DNA of 64,000 bases, from NCBI GenBank assembly GCA_965113315.1, contig OZ220371.1. One strand, written 5' to 3'. A model generated the notes under the pieces. That model was not told the DNA's origin and did not search any database. It saw only the letters and a program-made list of their open reading frames with translations. Position 1 is the stretch's first letter, and each line of letters opens with the position of its first letter. The DNA is from Podarcis vaucheri. Lineage: Eukaryota. This document shows, in pieces, positions 37,024 to 47,655 of the stretch. The translations under genes were made by a program, and so were the position numbers.

Positions 37024-37769
37024 CCCAGATTTGTTGAGTGGGAATCATGAATGTGGCACAGACAGTAGGAGAGCCAGAATGAGCACCTGCATTCATATCT
37101 TCTCTAATCCAACCATAGCTTATGTATATGTGTTATTTGTATTTGTTAAATCTCGGCAACAATTATTATATATGTGCCCAGTGATACACAAAATTTTGTT
37201 CAGTTGTAATGGAAAATGCATTGTGCTATTTAGCTGGCTTAATTATCTTAATTTATCTTAAAGAAGGCTTGGAGTTGTATTTTTATGTGGATGTTACAGT
37301 GTTGAGTGTTGTAGATTTTCACTGAGGATCTTCAGCTTTCACAGTATGGGGGGGGGCTGTTTAAGCTATTCTTTAAGCTCTACGAATGTATCCTAAAATG
37401 CCTAAATGAACCAGATTTCTCAAGTGACTTTAGAGTTCATCCTGCTTACTGGTGTTTCTTAGGTGATGACAGGGCAAGTATCAGATCTGAGAATGCCAAG
37501 CTAGAATTACCCAGGAGGCTAACTGTTTAAAGTATCAAATCAGTTTGTATCCTGACATTAATGTTATGGTTAGGCTGTTTGGCAACCCTGGGCATTTCTG
37601 TCTTATGTGCAATGTATGCATGGATGATGATGATGAGGTCATAATCAATGTGATTGGTGCTTGACAGGGTACGAGAGTACATGCCTGTGCCCAGAAGGCA
37701 AGTTACTTATAATCTGTGATTATGTGCAAGAGAACTATAGAGGAAAGAAAGGGAAAGGTGAGCAGATGA

Positions 37770-37935
37770 GCAACTATTTTGCATCCAGAAGGTCCCCAGG
37801 TTCACTCCCTGGCATCTCCAGGCAGGACAGTAAAAAGACTCCAGTCTGAAAACCTGAAAAGCTACTAGCAGTCAGTGGAGACAAACAAGGCTGAGCTAGG
37901 TGGACCAATGGCTCTGCATAAGGCAGCTTCGTAAA
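37770..37935 (+). mobile_element. tRNA-derived SINE with CR1-like tail (Squam2-like); degraded reverse copy at ~51300-51430
   Basis: gaaggtccccaggttcactccctggcatctcca B-box region; tail gctgagctaggtggaccaatgg...ataaggcagcttc. Confidence 0.55.
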
Positions 37936-39210
37936 TTTCTGTGATGCGGAGGCAGGGGTAAATAGGAGAAGAATATGTGCTGTTTCAATAGGGCATGAAA
38001 ACAAAGGTGAGCTGCAGGTTAATCTGTAATGTATTTATTTATTTAGGCTATTTTAAGGCTGTTGTAGCCTTCATGTCAATGCATCCCAGGGTGGGAATGC
38101 AAGACACAAAAACACAAAGACAACAAAACGCACAACCGTAATATGTAAAGGCCTCTTTGAACAACAGGATCAGCAAAACCACAACTGGGTGAATCACGTT
38201 TATCAAGTGACTGTTATAGAGTTCATCAGCTGAAACCACAAAGCAGGCTACCTGCCCCGAACTAACTGACAACTCTGAAACACTGAAAATGCCTGGGCAA
38301 ACAAGTATGTCTTCCCTTGGTGCCAAAGTGTCTGGTCAATGCCAAGTGTGCTTCTAAGGGAAGGGCATTCCTCAAACAGGATGGCACTGCAGAGAAGGAT
38401 CTTTCCTGCAGCACTACCTAATGCAATTCTGGCACACACAATAGTGGTGTGCAGAGAATAGCCTCCTCTGAGCACTTGTCATTGGCAGCATAGTTTAGGG
38501 GAAATCACTTCTTTAGGTTTTTGGGTCCTAAGCTGTTTGTCAGCCATATCAGTGTTCGGCCTGGAAAGTGCAAGTTTGATCTTTAAAGGGAGACATTGTG
38601 TTTTACCTCTGAAAAAGAGAGAGATGCTTTTGGATTCCTGCTTTTCTAGAAATGTCACACTTTGATCTTCTACTCCTCATCCCTAATGTGGGAAAACTCT
38701 TTGCAGTTACTCGGTGGGAAGGAGAAATGTATTCTACCTTTGTCAGGACTGCTTTCTGGATATTCAAATGTTTTCAAATGTTCCAGGGTTCAGTTTCTCA
38801 CATTGAAAACAATTGTGAGGGCTCAGCCCTGGCACAAATTGAACCCTAGAAGGCTAGGGAATGGCTTATAGACCTGGCATCATAGCCAAAGATTAGACTA
38901 GATGAATTATCTGGTCCACTCTATGATCCTACAGGTGAATGCAGTGTTGCAGAAGAAGCACATTCATGCATTCACTTGGCCTCTGCTATGCCATGAGACG
39001 TCTGACAACCATCCCACACAGGCAAGTTCTGCCAGGGTCACACAATAAATTAAACAGTTTTGCAAACAGCTACAACCCCACAGCCTGGAAAGCTGTTGTC
39101 TTTGTGGTTAGCAAGGTTCCTGCTGGTTGTGTAACCATACAGACAGAGTTACTAGTTCAAAGGGCAATAAATTTTCTCTTTTATAAAGGATCACCTGTAT
39201 TTCATCTGCC

Positions 39211-39524
39211 TGTTGATATAGCAGAGTCCATTTGCACAACGGAATGATGAATAGTACGTGCCACATGCTTTAAGTTGCTTTATTTACAGTTCATTGTAGA
39301 GAAATTACAATCATGCATCTTGCCTCTGAGGGAGCAGAGAAGCAACCGTCCTTCTCCTCGGACTAACGAACACCGAGAGAGAACAGAGAAAAACAGGAAA
39401 CCAGTGTACGTCACATCCAGTTTCCCTTTCCCGTGGGAAAACCCAACAGTGCTCTGACTGTGGAATGTAAACATTGTCTTGTGACAGGCACTTCGCTGCA
39501 CAGTGAAGAGAGCAGAAACTAACA
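39211..39524 (-). repeat. 3' LTR (314 bp)
   Basis: TGTTG...TAACA ends; minus-strand AATAAA at 39279-39284; no differences from 43910-44223 seen by eye. Confidence 0.97.
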
Positions 39525-39538
39525 TCCTCCCCCTTTCT
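39525..39538 (-). other. Polypurine tract
   Basis: Minus-strand AGAAAGGGGGAGGA directly abutting the 3' LTR. Confidence 0.92.
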
Positions 39539-39571
39539 GTGAACATCACTGGGCAGCGTGTTCGTACAATA

Positions 39572-42500
39572 TCAGTACAAACCCAACTTCTGTACATAGG
39601 TACAGTGTTGATCCCTTGATACAATCTTGGACAATACATCAGCAGGAATTTCATTACCTGGCATATAGGACACCGTTACGAGTCCCTTCTGAATATGTTC
39701 CCTAGCATGTTGCACCTTCAATTGCAAGTGCTTCGTGCTTTGCTTGCAACCTTCTGAATTCAGCAAAGCCAAACATGCCTTGTTGTCCTGGTAAACCTGG
39801 ATTGGACATTTGACAGGAATTTTCATGTCTTTGCACAATTGTAACAACCATTCACAATCCTTAAGTGAATAAGACAGTGCATTCAGTTCAGCTTCACAAG
39901 TACTTAAGCTAATTGTTGTTTGCTTCTTGCATGACCAATCAAATAGACCCTGATTGTACATGTAGCAAACTCCAGACGTACTTTTCCTGTCTGTAGTGTC
40001 ACTTCCAAAACTTGCATCTGCAAAAATCTCAAGACCACCAGACTTCTGATTGTTAAATCTCAGTCTGTAATGCATAGTGCCTTTCAAATAGCGTGCTATG
40101 CGTTTCAGAGCTTTCCAATCCTTAACAGTAGGATTGTTAACTTGTCTGCTTAGCAAATTACAGCTAACAGCAATGTCAGGTCTTGAACATCTGGCAATGA
40201 AGTTTAGCTTGCCTAGCACACTTCTGTACAGTGTAGTGTCAGAAAATGCTTCTTCAGTGTCTTCTACCTGATAACCTGTTGTCATGGGTGTGTCTACAGG
40301 GTTAGCATCCATCAGGTTTAGTTTGTTTAACACATCAGCAATTTTCCTTGACTGGTGTACTAGAATGTTACCACTTTGATCTTTCTCTATTTCCAGAGAT
40401 AGGTAGTTGTTTACCTCACCAAGATCTTTCATGTCAAAGTGCTCTTTCAGTTGAGCTAGGGCGTTATTGTACATTGAGACATCTTTCCAAAAGAATAAAA
40501 TATCATCAACATAAAACAAACAATACAGCTTCTTTTGCCCTTCCTCTTTGACAAATACACATGGATCAGCTTTCCCTTGCTGAAAACCTAGAGAAAACAA
40601 TGCTTCAGTGAGTTTTGTGTGCCAACACCGTGCACTTTGTTTGAGACCATAAAGGGACTTCTTCAGAGCACAAACAAATCCCTGTTTTACCTGTACGCCA
40701 TCAGGTGGAAGCATATAAAGTGATTCACCTAGAGATCCGTACAAAAACGCTGTATTTACATCGTGGTGACTAATGTGTAGATTTTCCTCTGCAGCTAGCT
40801 TGAGCATGAGCCTTATGCTCTCATATCTCACCGTGGGTGAGTAGGTCTCGTGATAGTCTTCACCTGGTACCTGTGCAAAACCTCTGGCTACCAATCTGGC
40901 TTTGTGTCTGACTATCTTGCCATTTTGATCAGTCTTCGCTTTGAAGACCCATTTGCTTCCAAGCAGTTTCATTCCTGGAACTTCTGGAACTAGCTCCCAT
41001 GTTTTGTTCTTTTCTAAGGAATCAAGCTCAGCCTTCATGGCGTTTAACCATGGCTCAGCTTCCTTAGAATCCAAATCCTGGATTTCTTGGAAACTTGAAG
41101 GTTCAAATACCTTCTTGGAGCTTTTAACAGCTGCTACTGCTGTCTTGGCATATTCATCAGCAAATCTCTTTGGAGGTCTGCCTTTTGTAGCTCTTTGTGA
41201 CCTGCGAATCATCCTTTGGTCTTCAACACTTTCCTCTTCCTTCTTAGGAGAAAAGTGACCTATTGTGAACAATGGTTCTTCCAATTCCTGATCAGAGCTT
41301 TCAGAGGGTCGCATAGAGGCTTTCGCACTCTTGAAATCCTCTGAAGTATCCGATTCAGTTTCAGACTCAGAATCAGAACCTTCATCAGTGGGTGTGGGTT
41401 GTTGTTGCTTATACTCAGTCTCATCACTGTCATCAGGATAACATTGAAAAATTCCCACGTTCTCCCCCCACTTGGCATTGTACTCAACACTTCTTGTGAG
41501 CCTTATTGTCTTAGAGTCAGTCATCATTATTCTGTAAGAACCTTTCTGATAACCTAGAAAGATACCATGCAATCCACGTTTGCCTAATTTGGAGCTTTGT
41601 GGTGAGTGAATCCACATATCAGAACCAAAAATTCTCATGTGTTTGATGTATGGTTTCTTACCAAACATCTTCTCATACGGGGTACAACCAATCGCTGAAG
41701 ATAACCTGCGATTGTAACTGTAAACAAAACATGAGAGAGATTCGGCCCAATAACTCTCTGGAAGATTTGCATCATGCAGCAAGGTTTTTAACCCTTGAAG
41801 CAATGTTTGATTTGCCCTTTCGCAAAGTCCATTCTGCCATGGCGAGCGAGGACTGGACAAATCGTGTTGAATTCCTTTCTCAGTCAGAAAAGCTTCAAAC
41901 TGCTGAGAAGTGAATTCCCCTCCACGATCTGTGAAAAGAATTTTTATCTTCTTACCATGCACATTTTCCAACCAAGCACAGAATTCCTTGAACCTTGGAA
42001 AAGCCTCTGATTTTTGCTTGAGATTGTACACATAAATATACCTGGAAAATGCATCAATGAGAACCATGAAGAACCTATTGCCACCTAAAGAGGGCGATAG
42101 TGGACCAACTAAATCAGCATGAACAATCTGGTATGGTTCTGTAGCTTGCCTACTAGACACCTTACCTTTCGCAGCCATTTTCACCTTGTTTGCTGCGCAT
42201 GCCTTGCACTTCATGTGGTACCTGCAGGGTTTAATAGTCATACCTTCAACCAAGGCAGGCATTTTAGATACTGCCTCAAAATGCAAATGACCAAATTTTC
42301 GGTGAAAATCATGAATACATTCTGCATGCAAACTTTTGTTAGAACCTGCAATGCAACAAGTCTCATTCTGCACAACATCATCATAATACAAAACAAACAA
42401 ACGATCAACGCATTCAGCATGCAATACATAATCGTCTTTCTTTGTGATGGTGCATTTCTTGTTCTTGAAGGAAACGTCAATGTTGCGTTCATTCAGCTGC

Positions 42501-43570
42501 ATCACACTGAGAAGATTGTGTGTGGCATCTGGAACGTAAAGTACATCATGTATCTCTAAGTCCAAACTGTGAAGAACAACAGTTCCGTAGCCTTGACTGG
42601 GGATCGTGTGGTCATCCGCCTGGTGAATCGCACCTTCCTGCGGTGTAAAAGACACGAACAGTCTCTTATCGTTGCACATGTGGTGTGTAGCTGCTGAATC
42701 AACAACGAAGAAAGATCTAGACGTCTTCTGGACCTTTGCAACCTTTGGAGTGAAGCGTGAGACCATTGCCTTGTGCTGCGTTGTCCTGGACACCGGACCT
42801 TTGCCTTTGCTTTGGCCTTTTCCACGCGATGAGCTTCCGCTGCGCTGCTCTGTCTTGGCCTTGGGATATTTGCAATCCCTCTCCATATGGCCTAGACGTC
42901 CACACGAGTAGCATTTCACTGCCTTCAAAGCTTTGGCGCCCTCTGGTGGTTCCACTGCACTCTGGGATGACGTCTGTAAAGACTCCCCCATACCCATGCA
43001 GCTAGCACCCCGGCGATCTGCTTCATTCTGAATCACGGCAGTAACATAGGCTACTGTGAGCTGAGCAGTTGGTTGAACAGCAATCTGAGTGGCAACGGAC
43101 TCCCAACTTGGTCCCAAAGAATGTAGTATCATAAAGGAATACACAGCCTCTGGAAAGTTGAGTCCTCTCTGTTGCAGCTCATGTCTCAGATTCTGCATCT
43201 CCATCAGGTGTTTACGCACATCTCCACCTTCAGCAAGAGCCATATCATGCAGCTTGGCATAGTAGTACATTGAGGAACCAGCCTCTGTCCTCAAGTGAGC
43301 CTGTCTTAAAGAGTCCCAAATTTCTCTGGCTGTGGTCTTTCCACGCAACAGACAGAGCTCTTCTGGGGATACTATCAACGTAAGCGTTCCCCGTGCTTTG
43401 GAATCCTTAGCATTCCATTCAGCTGTAACTGGAGCTGGGGGGTTGTCTGTAATAACATTAAACAGACCTTCTTTCCGCAGAACTGCCTCTGCATATAGCA
43501 CCCACTCCGTGTAGTTATTCTTATTGAGCTTAGGAATCCCAAAAGCATCAACCAGCCTTACGTTTGCCAT
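39572..43570 (-). CDS. Copia Gag-Pol polyprotein (~1332 aa from the probable ATG at 43570; frame open to 43726)
   Basis: Gag PKLNKNNYTEW; zinc knuckle CYSCGRLGHMERDC; protease VVDSAATHHM; integrase HHCC (HRKFGH..CKAC) and D..D35E (HADL/TDRGGEF/NGLCER); RT KARLVARGF, YGLKQS, YVDD; RNase H FADAS, EAE, QDN, ADVLSK. Integrase before RT is the copia domain order. Confidence 0.97.
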   Translation of the reverse strand: MANVRLVDAFGIPKLNKNNYTEWVLYAEAVLRKEGLFNVITDNPPAPVTAEWNAKDSKARGTLTLIVSPEELCLLRGKTTAREIWDSLRQAHLRTEAGSSMYYYAKLHDMALAEGGDVRKHLMEMQNLRHELQQRGLNFPEAVYSFMILHSLGPSWESVATQIAVQPTAQLTVAYVTAVIQNEADRRGASCMGMGESLQTSSQSAVEPPEGAKALKAVKCYSCGRLGHMERDCKYPKAKTEQRSGSSSRGKGQSKGKGPVSRTTQHKAMVSRFTPKVAKVQKTSRSFFVVDSAATHHMCNDKRLFVSFTPQEGAIHQADDHTIPSQGYGTVVLHSLDLEIHDVLYVPDATHNLLSVMQLNERNIDVSFKNKKCTITKKDDYVLHAECVDRLFVLYYDDVVQNETCCIAGSNKSLHAECIHDFHRKFGHLHFEAVSKMPALVEGMTIKPCRYHMKCKACAANKVKMAAKGKVSSRQATEPYQIVHADLVGPLSPSLGGNRFFMVLIDAFSRYIYVYNLKQKSEAFPRFKEFCAWLENVHGKKIKILFTDRGGEFTSQQFEAFLTEKGIQHDLSSPRSPWQNGLCERANQTLLQGLKTLLHDANLPESYWAESLSCFVYSYNRRLSSAIGCTPYEKMFGKKPYIKHMRIFGSDMWIHSPQSSKLGKRGLHGIFLGYQKGSYRIMMTDSKTIRLTRSVEYNAKWGENVGIFQCYPDDSDETEYKQQQPTPTDEGSDSESETESDTSEDFKSAKASMRPSESSDQELEEPLFTIGHFSPKKEEESVEDQRMIRRSQRATKGRPPKRFADEYAKTAVAAVKSSKKVFEPSSFQEIQDLDSKEAEPWLNAMKAELDSLEKNKTWELVPEVPGMKLLGSKWVFKAKTDQNGKIVRHKARLVARGFAQVPGEDYHETYSPTVRYESIRLMLKLAAEENLHISHHDVNTAFLYGSLGESLYMLPPDGVQVKQGFVCALKKSLYGLKQSARCWHTKLTEALFSLGFQQGKADPCVFVKEEGQKKLYCLFYVDDILFFWKDVSMYNNALAQLKEHFDMKDLGEVNNYLSLEIEKDQSGNILVHQSRKIADVLNKLNLMDANPVDTPMTTGYQVEDTEEAFSDTTLYRSVLGKLNFIARCSRPDIAVSCNLLSRQVNNPTVKDWKALKRIARYLKGTMHYRLRFNNQKSGGLEIFADASFGSDTTDRKSTSGVCYMYNQGLFDWSCKKQTTISLSTCEAELNALSYSLKDCEWLLQLCKDMKIPVKCPIQVYQDNKACLALLNSEGCKQSTKHLQLKVQHAREHIQKGLVTVSYMPGNEIPADVLSKIVSRDQHCTYVQKLGLY

Positions 43571-43891
43571 TTCTGCTGCGTCACAGTCCTGCAGCTTCAG
43601 CCAAAAGCACTTGTAAAAGTACTTTCGTTTTCTTAGCCATCCAAGCCTGTGAGCTTGTGCCTTTAGAGCCTTGCCTGTAACACGGCAAAACGGCTTTAAA
43701 AGTTCAAAGTCCAGCCATAAAACCATAAACTAGGAGCTGGCAGGCTGCCAGGCTGCTCCGGGCAGCATGAGCACATACCTTCATCAATCAAACACGACGC
43801 GCAGAGCAGATAACGCGATCCGTTCCTCTGTACCTCTGCCGGCATTCCGACTCGGCTGGAGTCTTTAATCCTCAGTTTGATTTACGTCTTT

Positions 43892-43905
43892 CTGGGCCCG
43901 GAACC
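43892..43905 (-). other. Primer-binding site, half-tRNA-iMet type with 2 mismatches
   Basis: Minus strand GGTTCCGGGCCCAG, 4 nt after the 5' LTR; the copia-type site is GGTTATGGGCCCAG. Confidence 0.7.
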
Positions 43906-43909
43906 AAAA

Positions 43910-44223
43910 TGTTGATATAGCAGAGTCCATTTGCACAACGGAATGATGAATAGTACGTGCCACATGCTTTAAGTTGCTTTATTTACAGTTCATTGTAGAG
44001 AAATTACAATCATGCATCTTGCCTCTGAGGGAGCAGAGAAGCAACCGTCCTTCTCCTCGGACTAACGAACACCGAGAGAGAACAGAGAAAAACAGGAAAC
44101 CAGTGTACGTCACATCCAGTTTCCCTTTCCCGTGGGAAAACCCAACAGTGCTCTGACTGTGGAATGTAAACATTGTCTTGTGACAGGCACTTCGCTGCAC
44201 AGTGAAGAGAGCAGAAACTAACA
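43910..44223 (-). repeat. 5' LTR (314 bp)
   Basis: Identical to 39211-39524; the PBS follows it on the minus strand. Confidence 0.97.
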
Positions 44224-46959
44224 CTGCCTACATGGACTTGAAAGAGAGGCAAAGCTGGGAGCCTGGGGGAAAGAAATCCAACATTACACAAAGATACGTA
44301 GTCATCAGAAATAGGTCCTTCATAAAAGGAATATTCACAGGGCTTTTATGTCAGAAGGTTGTAACCAATTTGCATATTCTAATTTCACACTGGAGTCACA
44401 CAATTCCTACAATTTGTATGAAACCGGTGGTAGAATTATGCCCCATGCCTTCTGGTGCCTTCTGAAGCTCACTATGCCTTATTAACAATACTTATTAACA
44501 GTCAGCAATGAAAATGGGTTCACACATAAATGTGCACATTGCCAATGAAAGACATAGTGTGCAGTATTCCTTAGGTAAAAGAATACCTTGTCTTAAGTCC
44601 TCTGGACTTTAGTCACCCTGGGAAACTTGCTGAAAGGGTGGGGTGTAAATAATCATTTATGAATGAATGAACAAGTGTATGATTGAATAACTTCAAGGAG
44701 CACTGAAAGAGCTTCTCTTTATAGAGTACCATTTCCACACAAGAGTTCTCACCTTTGCCTTCTCCTTGTGCCCTGTTCAGAATTTGACATGCATTCTTAG
44801 CTCTGAATGCTTTGAACTTTTTCAAGGTCGAGTGCAGACACAATACTGACTTGCTGGTGGTGGTTCATGAATCAGGAGCCAGTTTGGGGTGACATGCACC
44901 CCTCCTGCAATCTTTCCTTCCCTTTCCAGCATCACCTCCCTCCCTCTCTTTTCATGCCTGCCTCATGTATGTGTTTTGGCTAAGTGTGGGGAGGTGTGGG
45001 GATATTCCAGGGGAGAGCGAGTGGGACAGTTGGAGGGCAAATTGGCATCTGACCACTTCACAGGTCAGAGCTGAGAATTGGTGACTGATGATGATGACGA
45101 TGACCAGGGTGAGAGCATAGAAGCTGAGATACTAGGTGAAAGGCATGAAGTTTCTGTTGAGGCTGGTGGAGTGCTAGATTAAATTTGGTTTTTGCCTCAT
45201 TGTGTCAGACTGCAGTGTTGTAGTGCGGTCTTTTCTACAGGAATCTGGGGGATGCTGGAATTGGTAATTGTTGAACATGAGCAATGGGGTTTGTAGGTAT
45301 GTGTGTGTTTATGTGAGTGAATGCATGGAGGTGTGGCTTACTGAGGCATGGGTTTGTTAGCAGTTGTGGGATTTGTGGGATTATTGAATGAGCAGAATCT
45401 GGTTTTATGGATTTGGACACTTTGGGTGCAGTATTTCATTTGAGTTGTTTTATATACTATATTATTTAATTTTGTTTAATTTACTTTGCAAATCGCTTTG
45501 TGATAGCCTGGTGAAAGGCAGTATATATGAAAGGGATATTTATTGATGATTATATATTCCATAAAACGCATAAACCACTTGATTGTTTAAGAAAATCTCA
45601 AAGAAGTTTACAAAAATATATAATAAATAAAAGAAAAACCAACAACAATAATTAAAAGTTAAAACAACAATAGACTAAAAACAGATTAAAACTCACACAG
45701 CTTTCTAAACATGTGGGTAGACTTGTCTAAACAAAAATGTTTTTAGCAAATACAAAAAACCACACCCTGAAGGTGGCTGCCTGTTAGTAGTAGGTGGGGG
45801 GTTCCAAAATGTAGTTGATGCTACACTAAAATATATAATACAAGCACCGACAACTTTATTTTTCAATGCATGTTAAAAACATACCTGTTCACACAGGCTT
45901 TCCTCGACAAGATATGCTACTGCCCAAAATGCATATTGTTGTGGCTCTTTGTGCGAGTTTTATTTAGAAGATATGCACTCAAATGAAGAAAGAGCAGCAA
46001 GAGCTTCGGGCCATTGAGTAATGGATGGTAGGTGTTTTATCTTTCCATTCTTGAAGTGTAAGCCTCTTTGCAACCATAAGAGTGATGCTTTTAAGTAAAT
46101 AAAATAAAGGAGACACATGGCCATGTGACCGCTCCTTTCCACATACTTCATGGCACATCCAGCCACACGAGGAACTGATTGTCAGTGGCCTCTGGCAATG
46201 GGGTGAGCTGTGAATGTGCTATCACACACCACTTCCTTGCATTTTTGGGAAATGACTGGAACATGTTGAAGCACCTGCCAGTCTTGTGGATGGAGGCTTC
46301 AGATAACCAGCTATGCAGCACATAAACAGTCCTGGCTGCCCTTACCCCCCAGCTTCTAATCAAAAGCCACCAGAATAACTACAACATTTCAACAGTGAGC
46401 TCTGCATGCACCTCCGAGTGAACTCCTGAGCATCCAAGAGCCATGACTGGAGGGGTGATAGGAATGAGAAACACGGCATGTTGAACACGGCAAAGCTTTC
46501 TGTTTGCTTTTTGGTTCCTGAGCTTTAAACCCTGAAAGAAAGATAGGAATGTTTGCTTTCTTCATACCTATGAGCGCTCAACATTTTATAATAAATGGAG
46601 ATTATCTGACATTAGCCTGTCAGCATCATCATAAGGCTTGGGAGATGGGATTTGTTTTCCGTTCCCTGATCTGCAAATGTGGGCTGCTAGCAGCATGACA
46701 TGCACAGATGCTGATACTGTTCAGCAGGTGATGGTGACTAATGTTAGACTGGCAACCAGAATTTGATGGATGGCTCTGAAGTGACACCCAAAGAATGACG
46801 AATTAGGATGGCCAAAGGCCAGAAAAATGGTGGCACTTAAACTAAGTAATGGTTAGGGATAGATTTGCTAGATGGCATGGTTGTGAGGCCTTAGCTTTAA
46901 AACTGGGCTATGTTGCGTGTGTTCAATTGGCATGCCATAGAAACTGAAAACTGAGAGTA

Positions 46960-47655
46960 GCTGTAGAGTCCCAGGGTTGGATGGGGCCTTCTAGGACAAG
47001 AGGATCCCCAACAGAAGGTTGTCTAGCATCTGCCTGGAGATCTCAAGTGAGGGAAGTCCACCCTCCCCAAGGGAATTGGTTCCAGTTTTCAAAGTGCTAT
47101 TACTGTAAAGTGAAATATGTTTTCCTGTAACTGAAGCTTATTAAATCTAGCTCTGCCCCACAAGGCAGGAGAGGACAAGCCTTTGCTCTCTTCTAAGTGA
47201 CAAGGCACCAGGTTCCCTCCTTTATTGTATTTTTAACATTTTATTGTATTTTTAATATTTTATTGGAAGCCACCCAGAGTGGCTGGGGAGACCCAGCTAG
47301 ATGGGCGGGGTATAAAGAATAAATTCTTTCTTCTTCTTCTTCTTCTTCTTCTTCTTCTTCTTCTTCTTCTTCTTCTTCTTCTTCTTCCTTTTCTTTTCCA
47401 TGCTGCTTCTCCAGCCTTTTCTCATAAGATGTGCTTCCCTCGCTCTTCTCTAAACCCATTCCATTTGTCCTACATTCTTCCCAGATTGCCATACCTATAG
47501 CTGGACACAGTACTCCAACTGAGTTCTGACTCATGAAGATTAAAGAAGCAGTATTGCTTTTTGTGGCTGCAGTCCTATTAATGCAGTCTAAGATCATGTT
47601 ACTTTTTTGTAAGCTGCATCACACTGCCGGCTCATGTTTAGTTTGTGATCAACTA
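46960..47655 (-). mobile_element. Old CR1 3' fragment interrupted by an L2-like tail
   Basis: Degenerate CR1 ORF2 (MILDCINRTAA..) and a tail gtagagtcccagggttggatggggcc. Confidence 0.55.
47243..47390 (+). mobile_element. L2-like LINE 3' end with (TTC)n tail
   Basis: CACCCAGAGTGGCTGGGGAGACCCAGCTAGATGGGCGGGG..AATAAA followed by (TTC)n. Confidence 0.7.

Larger units (their letters stand above)
39211..44223 (-). mobile_element. Full-length Ty1/copia LTR retrotransposon (5013 bp)
   Basis: Two identical TG...CA LTRs; 5-bp TSD CTGCC (39206-39210, 44224-44228); PBS; PPT; single gag-PR-IN-RT-RH ORF. Confidence 0.98.

Noticed and set aside
39275-39654. Duplicated small ORFs at 39275/43974 and 39280/43979
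   Set aside because: They are by-products of the identical LTRs. There is no env-like or accessory ORF between pol and the 3' LTR, a gap of only ~50 bp.
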